Below, piece by piece: positions 7,654 to 15,369 of a stretch of 64,000 nucleotides of DNA. The stretch's first letter is position 1, and each line of letters begins with the position of its first letter. Source of the DNA: Minisyncoccota bacterium (GTDB lineage Bacteria > Patescibacteriota > Minisyncoccia > Phycocordibacterales > CAJBRS01); the NCBI GenBank assembly GCA_035652395.1, contig DASRDX010000013.1, positions 3,255-67,254 on the forward strand, written 5' to 3'. Both the position numbers and the translations under genes were made by a program. A model generated the notes under the pieces. The model was not told the DNA's origin. It saw nothing but the letters and a program-made list of their open reading frames with translations, and ran no database searches.

Positions 7654-7762
7654 AAAATGAATCTCCTCTATAATAAGCTTGAGTCCCAAACAACAAGATT
7701 CGGACTCTCCACACCTAACACAAGAATACGCCCGTTTGTATTCCTGAGTGTAATCCCAAACT

Positions 7763-7836
7763 TGGTACTCCACCAAGGACTCGAACCTTGACGAGACGCT
7801 AATCAGGCATCCATGCTACCACTACATCAGCGGAGT
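7763..7836 (-). tRNA. tRNA-Ile(GAU)
   Basis: Loop CTGATTA, CCA. Confidence 0.88.
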
Positions 7837-7965
7837 ACGAAAAATTCAAGCCGATACTTTTTACGCCTCGGACTAATTGAACGACTTCCTCTCAACGGGC
7901 GCTGCGCGGTCTGCACACTAACTTTCTCAAAAAATATTTAATCAAGCAAACCCAACGCCAGAATA

Positions 7966-8280
7966 TTACTGGCCAAGGAAACGGGCGTTGGTTACAGGGT
8001 TTGGGACTGGCTGTGTCAGCGTAAAAGTCAAAAACACCGGACTTGATTTCTGAGCCAGATTATCAACCGCATAAATAGCGACCGCCTTACCGCCTGGGTT
8101 CGCGTATTGAAGAACCAACGGCGCGGCATCGGTAGGAGTAGTTTTTACGTCCGCTCCGTCAGGTCTCGGCGCTGTTCCTACAACATTATTTGACAAATCC
8201 GCATCCCAAACTTCAAAATGGTCAAAAACAATTTGCGGGTCGGATGCGGTCCAATCCCACGCTATTTTAGCATTTAACAT
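7966..8280 (-). CDS. Hypothetical protein, Ig/FN3-like beta-sandwich
   Basis: W...FEVW...AIYAVDNLAQKSSP pattern, GAGG RBS. Confidence 0.55.
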   Translation of the reverse strand: MLNAKIAWDWTASDPQIVFDHFEVWDADLSNNVVGTAPRPDGADVKTTPTDAAPLVLQYANPGGKAVAIYAVDNLAQKSSPVFLTFTLTQPVPNPVTNARFLGQ

Positions 8281-8335
8281 GTTTCCCTCAGCCCTTTTGT
8301 AAAGGGGACTTTTTAAAAATGACTGCGAAACAAAT

Positions 8336-8427
8336 TGGTGGAGAAGGCAGGATTCGAACCTACAGTATCCACATTGGGATGCCGGGGGTTACAGCCCGGT
8401 AGGGCGACCTGTTGCCCCAACCTCTCC
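8336..8427 (-). tRNA. tRNA-Tyr(GUA)
   Basis: Loop CTGTAAC, long variable arm, CCA. Confidence 0.9.
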
Positions 8428-8498
8428 ATTAAACTTGCTTTACGTAAATTTTATAAACCAAAGTTCCATTCGGAATATAACGGCTCGCGCTTAAAATT

Positions 8499-8578
8499 TG
8501 GTCGCCCTGGGAAGATTTGGATACTTCCAACCCCGACGCTTAAAAGGCGTGTGCTCTTACCAATTGAGCTACAAGGCG
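8499..8578 (-). tRNA. tRNA-Lys(UUU)
   Basis: Loop CTTTTAA; 9-nt T-loop TATCCAAAT; CCA. Confidence 0.85.
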
Positions 8579-8584
8579 AAAAAT

Positions 8585-8659
8585 TGGTAGTCCGCGACGG
8601 ATTCAAACCGTCACCTATCTCCTTAAGAGGGAGTAATGCCGTCATAACACCTGCGGACT
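8585..8659 (-). tRNA. tRNA-Lys(CUU)
   Basis: Loop CTCTTAA, CCA. Confidence 0.88.
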
Positions 8660-8710
8660 AAAAATTTTGTTGGGAACAACTCTCCGTTTGTTCCTTCTAT
8701 CACACAAAAT

Positions 8711-8799
8711 TGGTACTCGATGAAGGAATCGAACCTTCCAGCAAGGGTAATCTGCCCCGACGCTTTATAAGAGCGTGCTGCGGACCGCCGCTATCGAGT
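8711..8799 (-). tRNA. tRNA-Ile(UAU) with long variable arm
   Basis: Loop CTTATAA; variable arm GGGGCAGATTACCCT; short D-arm; CCA. Confidence 0.85.
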
Positions 8800-8803
8800 A
8801 AAC

Positions 8804-8989
8804 TTAAATTTGCTGTACAGGAGCGGGCTTACCGCGCAAAATTCCTTTCTGAATCATCTGCTCCGGCGTAAAAACATTTGGGTCAAATCTATTTTCATGG
8901 CCCAATAAATACTTCGGAGTTAAAGTGTGCCTGTCCGATTCGGGCAACTTACCCGACCTCATTTGCCTGGGTATATTGTAATGCGGCAT
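8804..8989 (-). CDS. Small hypothetical protein
   Basis: MPHYNIP start with GAGG RBS, fills the inter-tRNA gap. Confidence 0.5.
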   Translation of the reverse strand: MPHYNIPRQMRSGKLPESDRHTLTPKYLLGHENRFDPNVFTPEQMIQKGILRGKPAPVQQI

Positions 8990-9010
8990 ATTGCCTCTTG
9001 ATAATCGAAT

Positions 9011-9098
9011 TGGTGCGCTGCGAGAGAATCGAACTCCCACGCCGTTTTAAGGCCGAAGATTTTAAGTCTCCTGCGTCTGCCTGTTCCGCCAGCAGCGC
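9011..9098 (-). tRNA. tRNA-Leu(UAA)
   Basis: Loop CTTAAAA, long variable arm, CCA. Confidence 0.9.
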
Positions 9099-9104
9099 AA
9101 AATT

Positions 9105-9191
9105 TGGTGCCTTTGGAGGGAATCGAACCCCCACGGGACTGTGCCCACCGCGTTTTGAGTGCGGCGCGTCTGCCTGTTCCACCACAAAAGC
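9105..9191 (-). tRNA. tRNA-Leu(CAA)
   Basis: Loop CTCAAAA, long variable arm, CCA. Confidence 0.9.
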
Positions 9192-9192
9192 A

Positions 9193-9266
9193 TGGCCCCT
9201 ATCCGTGGAATCGAACCACGACTACCTGTTCTTCAGACAGGGGTGCGGCCACTACACCAAACAGGG
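9193..9266 (-). tRNA. tRNA-Phe(GAA)
   Basis: Loop CTGAAGA; C1-G72, G73; CCA. Confidence 0.85.
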
Positions 9267-10050
9267 ACAGAAACTTTGACTTTCTGAGAATCTAGAATGG
9301 CCCGCTTCATGCAGCAAGCCGAATACGGGCGACTGCTTAAAGCTTTCTTCGGGCCTTTCTTCCACCATATAATTCCGCATGGCCTCCCCAAACACTTTCG
9401 CGTGCCTCATGTGCCCCAAGGCCCGTTTCCAAAAGACGGCAGTACTTACGAAGGGCAACAATTGCTACTGCCGCGCTCTCTGGGTCATCCATGATTTCCG
9501 ACTCTAACGCCGATGCTTCTTGACGTTCTTCAAAATCAAGCTCAGCTACGGATTCCGTAATCATCATTGGCCCCTTAACTCTTTTCCTTCAAAAGGCGAA
9601 CCAACTCCGAGTCCGACGTTGGAACGTGCTCGAATTGTTTACGGTCTGCCATGCCTTAAACTTCCTTAACGCTGTAATTATCAGGCTCGAACTTGCGGCC
9701 CTCAACCTGAGATTTTGCTTGCTGCAAAGCGGCTTGAGGGGTTTCGGCCTCGGCTTCAATCTTTATCTTCTGAGTCAAGGTAATTTTATACGTTTTCAAT
9801 TTTTTATCCTTTCAGCCTTGAGGGCCGTGGGTTGAAGGTAAGGAGTAGTAGAAAACCTCACGGCCCTCACTCTGCGCTTTACTTTACCACGCAACCCGAA
9901 AACTTGTCAAGAACTATTTTCGGGTTTTTTCCCGCTGGCGCGGGCTTAAACCGGGCATGTTTTTTTTTTAATTGTAGCCTCGACTACGCCCAGCATAACT
10001 CTTCGATAAAAAATCTACAACAACTCTTAAAATTTGTCAACAGTTTTTTT

Positions 10051-10126
10051 TGGGGTGAAGAGTGGGAATCGAACCCTACACTGACTCTTTCACAGAGAGC
10101 CATGCTGCCGTTACATCATCCACACC
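10051..10126 (-). tRNA. tRNA-His(GUG)
   Basis: Loop CTGTGAA; G-1:C73; CCA. Confidence 0.9.
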
Positions 10127-10349
10127 TCGGTTTAATTAAATGTGCTGCTTAATTTTATTTATAACGCTTTTCGCGTCGGCTATAAGACCCGATTCAAATT
10201 TTGAAACAACTTCACGTATTTTTGAAAGCTTGGCCGCGTTCTTGATACGACCCACGCCAAAACCGACAGCAAAACCTACCACAACTAGAACAAATTTTAG
10301 CATGCTCATGTTCTCCTGTCAACCAATTTTTCAAAACTCAATTGCTTTC

Positions 10350-10775
10350 TTAGTTTCTTCCTGCCGTGCCATACTGCTTTTCGGCTGCCTTAAGAGCGGC
10401 GTTTGGCCGAACCGTGGCTTCGCCATGATTAGATTTAAGCGGCATGGGGCGCTGTGGATATGCCTCATCCGAACACATATCCGTTTTCTTTTCGGCGGGA
10501 ATTACTTTTTCTCCGGCATGTAATTTATATAAGCCTGTGCGAGGAACCGTGCCGCCATGCTTATAAGAACCTAAGACTTGGCCTAAAGCCTGTTTTGTTT
10601 CCTCGCCTTGAGTCTTTTGCATCAATTCGGCGTAGTCGGTGTCTTTTCCGCCCCTTCTATCTACTTCGCCTTGTTCGGCAATAAATTTTCGGCGCTGTTC
10701 GGGGTCTTTAATTCCTGCGGCCAATCTGCCGCGAGTTTTAGATAGAGCGGCTTTTTCTTGTTCGTTTAGAGGCAT
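10350..10775 (-). CDS. Hypothetical phage protein
   Basis: YKHGGTVPRTGLYKLHAGEKVIP motif, GGAG RBS. Confidence 0.6.
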   Translation of the reverse strand: MPLNEQEKAALSKTRGRLAAGIKDPEQRRKFIAEQGEVDRRGGKDTDYAELMQKTQGEETKQALGQVLGSYKHGGTVPRTGLYKLHAGEKVIPAEKKTDMCSDEAYPQRPMPLKSNHGEATVRPNAALKAAEKQYGTAGRN

Positions 10776-10776
10776 G

Positions 10777-11061
10777 TTACTCTCCGAAAAACTTTCTTGT
10801 ATCAAGTCCCAAATGTTTGAACGCTTTTATTACTTGCTGCCGAAACTCAAGGTCTTTGGCCGATTTTTTAAAATCAATAAACGACCTCAAATCTTTTTCC
10901 ATATCGGTATAAGCCGTTGGGTCTATATCGGGTTCGGTTAAGGCGGCTAAATCGGCTTGGTCGGACGCCGAATCAGTTGTGTCTTTGTCCTCTTCTTTTA
11001 AAAGATTGGCTTCTTTCATCATACCCCAACTTGGACGTGTTTTATTTATTATGTCGGTCAT
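10777..11061 (-). CDS. Hypothetical phage protein
   Basis: 94 aa, translationally coupled to its neighbours. Confidence 0.55.
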   Translation of the reverse strand: MTDIINKTRPSWGMMKEANLLKEEDKDTTDSASDQADLAALTEPDIDPTAYTDMEKDLRSFIDFKKSAKDLEFRQQVIKAFKHLGLDTRKFFGE

Positions 11062-11683
11062 TAAGTTTCCTTTGAATTTGTATTAATTCCAAAGCAGGCG
11101 ACAACAAACACATCTCATCAAATGTAAGGTTGTGTATGTGTCTAATTTCACGGCAGCGTTGGCATGCCGCAATAGCATTATAGGCCATTCCGACTTCCGA
11201 ATCAATCCAATCTACGGAACAGCCTTCGGGTTCTAGCTCGGCTTTACAATAATAACAGCCGTCCTTTAAAAGTTGCTCATAAAAGTTAATGTGCCAAAGC
11301 AAGTCAGTTTTAGGGGTATGCTTTTCTATGAGGACTGACTTTAATAGCCTATGCTTATACCCTATAGAACCCGTCCGAAAGGAATTAGACTTTTTAATTG
11401 TGGTCCTTAAAGTCCTAAGTTTAAAGTCAACCTGCTTCTGACGTTCGGCCAATCGGTCTAATTTCTCTAAATGCCTTTTCAAATTAAGTTCGGCCCGCAA
11501 ACAGCCGCAACTCTTCTTTCGGCCCGATACAAGTTTATCTTCACGGGCCAATACAAGTTTATTCTGACCTGTCTCATTTGAGCAATCACAGTCGCAAAGC
11601 CAATACCGCTTATTCTTCTCACTATGAGAAAACTGTCTCACTTTGAGACGCCCATAGGTGTTGCCAATTAAAGTCTGTGTCAT
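11042..11683 (-). CDS. HNH-type homing endonuclease-like protein (possibly degenerate)
   Basis: N-terminal GRLKV...WLCDCDC...LVSG..KSCGC; C-terminal CYYC...VDWIDS...CQRC. Confidence 0.7.
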   Translation of the reverse strand: MTQTLIGNTYGRLKVRQFSHSEKNKRYWLCDCDCSNETGQNKLVLAREDKLVSGRKKSCGCLRAELNLKRHLEKLDRLAERQKQVDFKLRTLRTTIKKSNSFRTGSIGYKHRLLKSVLIEKHTPKTDLLWHINFYEQLLKDGCYYCKAELEPEGCSVDWIDSEVGMAYNAIAACQRCREIRHIHNLTFDEMCLLSPALELIQIQRKLNDRHNK

Positions 11684-11689
11684 AATGAG

Positions 11690-13345
11690 AACTGTTTGTC
11701 TCAAATTGAGACGATTTTCGGTTCGTTCTAAAATCGGGTGTGGTTCTTTTACAACACCGAGTCATATACCCCATTTTTAGAAACAGGTCTGTTTGGTCAG
11801 TTGGGAAGGGTCATTTACCCCTAGTACCTTTGTTTTCTGTAATTTATGAACCAACGTCCACGTCCACGGCCACGAAGGGGCCTTGGGGCGTTTCACACCC
11901 CCTTAAAAGCCGCCTCGTACTATGAGTACTAGTAATACTATGAGTACTATTACCATTGAAAATAAAGGACTTATGTCGTCTCGATTTGCGGCCTGGACTG
12001 CCGTTCGGACTCACTTGCAGCGCGCTACTTTTCCGCCGTTTTTCTTGCTCGTTTTTCTTGCAAATTATTGTAAATACTAGACTTGTAAGCTTGAAATGTA
12101 AGGTTATCTTACATGTCAATGATTAGTACTAGTACCGCAAAACCGAATTTTGTAACATTTTTACCCGTTTTGTGGTAAAAATACAACATTTTTTGCGAAA
12201 TTGTGGCAAAAATGCCACAAAAAATGAGAATCGTCGCAAGTGTCGAGCATATGTCTCAATTATGAGACTATCTCAGTATCATATTGAGACTGTCTCAATC
12301 TAATATTGAGAGAACGTGTTCGCGCACGTTCCCGTAAGGTCCGAATCCTAAACCGTCCACCAGGGCCGTCTCTTACCAGCCGCATTGTTTCCTCAGTCTC
12401 CAGCGGCCCCGCATGGACTCTCTCTCATAAGATGACTGTATGGCCCCGCAAGTATTGACAAAAAGTGTCACTTTTAGCTAAATTTTTATCATAACTATAA
12501 TAAAATCAATAACTTAATAAAATGCATATTCCGCGTTTCTTCGGGTTTTATGCCTGTTTCGTCCGCAACCTATAAGGTCAATATATAGGCTTTTTATAGG
12601 TGTTTCGTCGGACCTTACGGGCTTTTATTGGGTTTTGCAGGAAATTGACTGCAAGGTAGTAACTAGAAAATTAACAGTGGTGGCCAACTAGTAATTTTCT
12701 AGTTACTACCCACTCCGACCGCGCCAGTGACAGCATTTTGATGTTAAGTCTTTTATTTTCAGTAACCGAATTCTGTCACAAAATGCCGTCAGTAGTGTGG
12801 GAGACACACTTTCCAATATCCCTATCATCATTTATTAATAGGCGAAGAAAAAACGAAAATAATAGTAAACATATTTATTTGCAATTACTTACAGACGATA
12901 AAATTTGCATATGGGTGCCATTTTTATATAAAAAATAATTGATTTTTTGGTCAAAAAATAGGTGTCTGTCTCCCTCTTAGGACAGAATCTTGGGACAGAA
13001 TTTGTACGTTGAAAACAAAAGACTTAATTCTGTCCAAGCATTTCCAAAAATTGACCAATTTTCGCAATCAGAAAATTTCACATTTTTCTATCGAAGGGCG
13101 GTCTCGATTCGATGTGGCAAAACTCGCCACCAAATTAGTAACCGTTTAGACACATTCGTTATCCACCGATTGCTGCGCTTCGCCTAACAGCGGGCATCAG
13201 GATGTTCGCCAGGACGGGCACCATCGGCCAAAAGAGCGCCTAGGACGTTCGTAATTCTGTTTTAAGCGCTCTCCCTTCATTCGCCTGTCGCAATCGTTCT
13301 AATAGGCTCTAATTGCGTTTTGACAAAAAGTGTCATGTTCGGGAA
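11690..13345. other. Non-coding divergence region rich in palindromes and repeats (candidate origin, packaging site or terminus)
   Basis: No convincing ORF; TGTCTCA-N-TGAGAC palindromes, 19-bp IR 12655-12710, TTGACAAAAAGTGTCA x2, TTGAAAA(T/C)AAA(G/A)GACTTA x2. Confidence 0.6.
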
Positions 13346-13350
13346 ATAGA

Positions 13351-13410
13351 AGTACTATCAAAAATCAGTACCAAAGTACTATTTACAATTAAATCTTCCT
13401 ACGATATTCT
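13351..13410 (+). promoter_or_regulatory. AGTACT-box sigma70-like early promoter
   Basis: AAAGTACTA-TTTACA-17 nt-TATTCT; motif recurs near 13800, 15320, 17885, 20335 and 20586. Confidence 0.7.
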
Positions 13411-13452
13411 CAGCGCAGAAGGAATGGAAACCGTGGAAAAAGGAGGGAGTCA

Positions 13453-13674
13453 ATGAAAGAATCTCAGTACACGCAAGATTATCTTGAGACGACCGCATCA
13501 GGCCGTTTTTACACCATCCAGACCTACTTGCACTATCAATTAAAGGGCACGGCCAAGTCTTATGCTGGTCGCTATGCCGAGGCGCTACGCAATTCCGTCA
13601 TTCGTCGCGGCGCAGTGCCCGTCCGTTCTTTGCATGGTGGCGTAGCCTACCGCATGCCCGAAGGGACGCGATAG
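13453..13674 (+). CDS. Small early hypothetical protein
   Basis: AGGAGG RBS downstream of the promoter. Confidence 0.65.
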   Translation: MKESQYTQDYLETTASGRFYTIQTYLHYQLKGTAKSYAGRYAEALRNSVIRRGAVPVRSLHGGVAYRMPEGTR

Positions 13675-13867
13675 CACGCTCTGCCGCGTCTGTGTTTTAT
13701 CCATCTTTAATAAGCCGTTTTGGCACGGACGCTTATTATACGCATAGACCGATATGTAAAATAAGCGACAGGACACGGCAGAAGTACCACCAAAAAATCG
13801 GTACCAAAGTACTATTTACAAAATTAAATTCCTATCGCATCATTCACATCGGCAGGGAGAAACAGCA

Positions 13868-14071
13868 ATGAACAAGGAAAAGTATATCAAGATTTTGGTG
13901 CTTTTGGATAGGTCAAGGGAATTATGCGCAAGAGAGGACAAGCATCTTTGGGAAGAACTCTTCTATGTGAGCATGGTAGTAGAGAAAAAGATTGATTCAT
14001 ACGGTGGATTCACCAAAAAAGAATACCGCAAAGTAAGCGAAGAGCTCGCCGCGACCGTCATGCCATTCTGA
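13868..14071 (+). CDS. Small early hypothetical protein
   Basis: GGAG RBS downstream of an AGTACT promoter. Confidence 0.6.
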   Translation: MNKEKYIKILVLLDRSRELCAREDKHLWEELFYVSMVVEKKIDSYGGFTKKEYRKVSEELAATVMPF

Positions 14072-14145
14072 CGGACCTTGGACTCAAGCGCGTCCGTGGT
14101 GCTTTGGGCGGAGTTTATTACGAGTAAAAAAAGGATGGGCGGCAA

Positions 14146-14355
14146 ATGAAAACCTATACGCTAAATCCAATTGATAATGTCGTTGAAAGAGTAGTAGGCG
14201 AGTACGACGAGATTATCCCCGATGTTGAATTATCGGACTTGCTTGCGGAAGAGTATGCTCAGGTTTTTCATAGGGATTACAGCCAATCAACCTATGCAAA
14301 GGTCTGCCAAAGGCTGAACGGCCTAGGCATTCGTGTTGTAAGGTCTGCTGGATAA
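14146..14355 (+). CDS. Small hypothetical protein
   Basis: ATG with AAGGA RBS. Confidence 0.55.
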   Translation: MKTYTLNPIDNVVERVVGEYDEIIPDVELSDLLAEEYAQVFHRDYSQSTYAKVCQRLNGLGIRVVRSAG

Positions 14356-14376
14356 AAACCTAGAAAGGATAGAACA

Positions 14377-14631
14377 ATGCAAGCAAAACCTGCCGTTGAA
14401 GTGATTCGTGAAGCCTACAGCAATCCTGCCAATCCTCAAAATCTGAGGCTTGCGCATAACGGCAAGCAAAATGCGATTGCTGCGTGGGACGCGGAACTTA
14501 ACCGTTTCGTGATGGTTGCGTCTGCCACCATAGATGGAAAGTGGGTGACCGTGCCTTACGAACTGCTTGTTAACGGCGAGCGTGTTGTTAGCGAGTGGTT
14601 TGAAGTAGAAAGGCAGGATGAAGCGCGATAG
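14377..14631 (+). CDS. Small hypothetical protein
   Basis: ATG with AAGGA RBS. Confidence 0.55.
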   Translation: MQAKPAVEVIREAYSNPANPQNLRLAHNGKQNAIAAWDAELNRFVMVASATIDGKWVTVPYELLVNGERVVSEWFEVERQDEAR

Positions 14632-14683
14632 CCGTACTATCGCGTCCACGGAGTCCTAGACAAGAGTCCGACAGGAGGAACAA

Positions 14684-14977
14684 ATGAAAGTAGAAGTAGT
14701 CAAGAAAGTCAAGACCATACCTCCAGCGCACAAGTTGAGCGTGCTGTCAGCGGATGGCACGCTCAGCACAGTTGACATCACGTGGGAGAAACTCCGCTTT
14801 TCGCCTATTGGTGAGAAGTGGAGCGCCAAGGGAGTTGGCATGACGTGGAACGAGATGCTCACGGCAACGCTAGTCTATCGTGATGAGCATCAGGCCGTGA
14901 TTCTTGAATCGCGCGAGTACTTGCAAGAGGGGCACGACGCGCACTACGAGCATTGCTTGCTAGGCTTCGTGTTCTAG
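14684..14977 (+). CDS. Hypothetical protein
   Basis: AGGAGG RBS. Confidence 0.6.
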   Translation: MKVEVVKKVKTIPPAHKLSVLSADGTLSTVDITWEKLRFSPIGEKWSAKGVGMTWNEMLTATLVYRDEHQAVILESREYLQEGHDAHYEHCLLGFVF

Positions 14978-15094
14978 GCTGATGAGTGGAAGGTATCTTT
15001 GTCCGTTTGTCGCGGCTGAAATGAATGCGATTCAAAAGGCAGGTCCCAGAAACATTTGGCTTCTTTTGGCCTATTAGACGCGAAAGGCAATAAG

Positions 15095-15313
15095 ATGACA
15101 TACGGCGAATCTGTCAGAATTTTGGTAGAAGCCGATTGCGTTGAACGCGGTCAAGCCGGACGCGGCGGCAAACCTTGTGGAACGGTCGAACCTGGACAAT
15201 TGGGATTATATCTGTATCCATGTCCAGGTACGTTTAAGCGCAGCGGCTGGCACGTTATTGCTTTCGGAGGATGGGACGTTTGTTTGCGCGAAGGACAATT
15301 TGAAAAAATTTAG
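15095..15313 (+). CDS. Small hypothetical protein
   Basis: ATG 15095 after AAAGG. Confidence 0.45.
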   Translation: MTYGESVRILVEADCVERGQAGRGGKPCGTVEPGQLGLYLYPCPGTFKRSGWHVIAFGGWDVCLREGQFEKI

Positions 15314-15369
15314 TAATAGAACTTTCGTACCATTGACTATTTTCCTGAAGAATTGCTAAACTGCCAGCT

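Noticed and set aside
2980-9295. Many ORF-track ORFs overlapping the tRNA and RNase P genes
   Set aside because: Shadow frames of structural RNA genes; no RBS or protein motifs
4340-9300. Theta (HDV-like) ribozymes at tRNA 3' ends
   Set aside because: Trailers are mostly a few A/T-rich nucleotides; no nested double pseudoknot was recognisable by eye
3050-10126. Stop-codon reassignment or suppressor tRNA
   Set aside because: No CUA, UUA or UCA anticodon; genes read intact in the standard code and use all three stops
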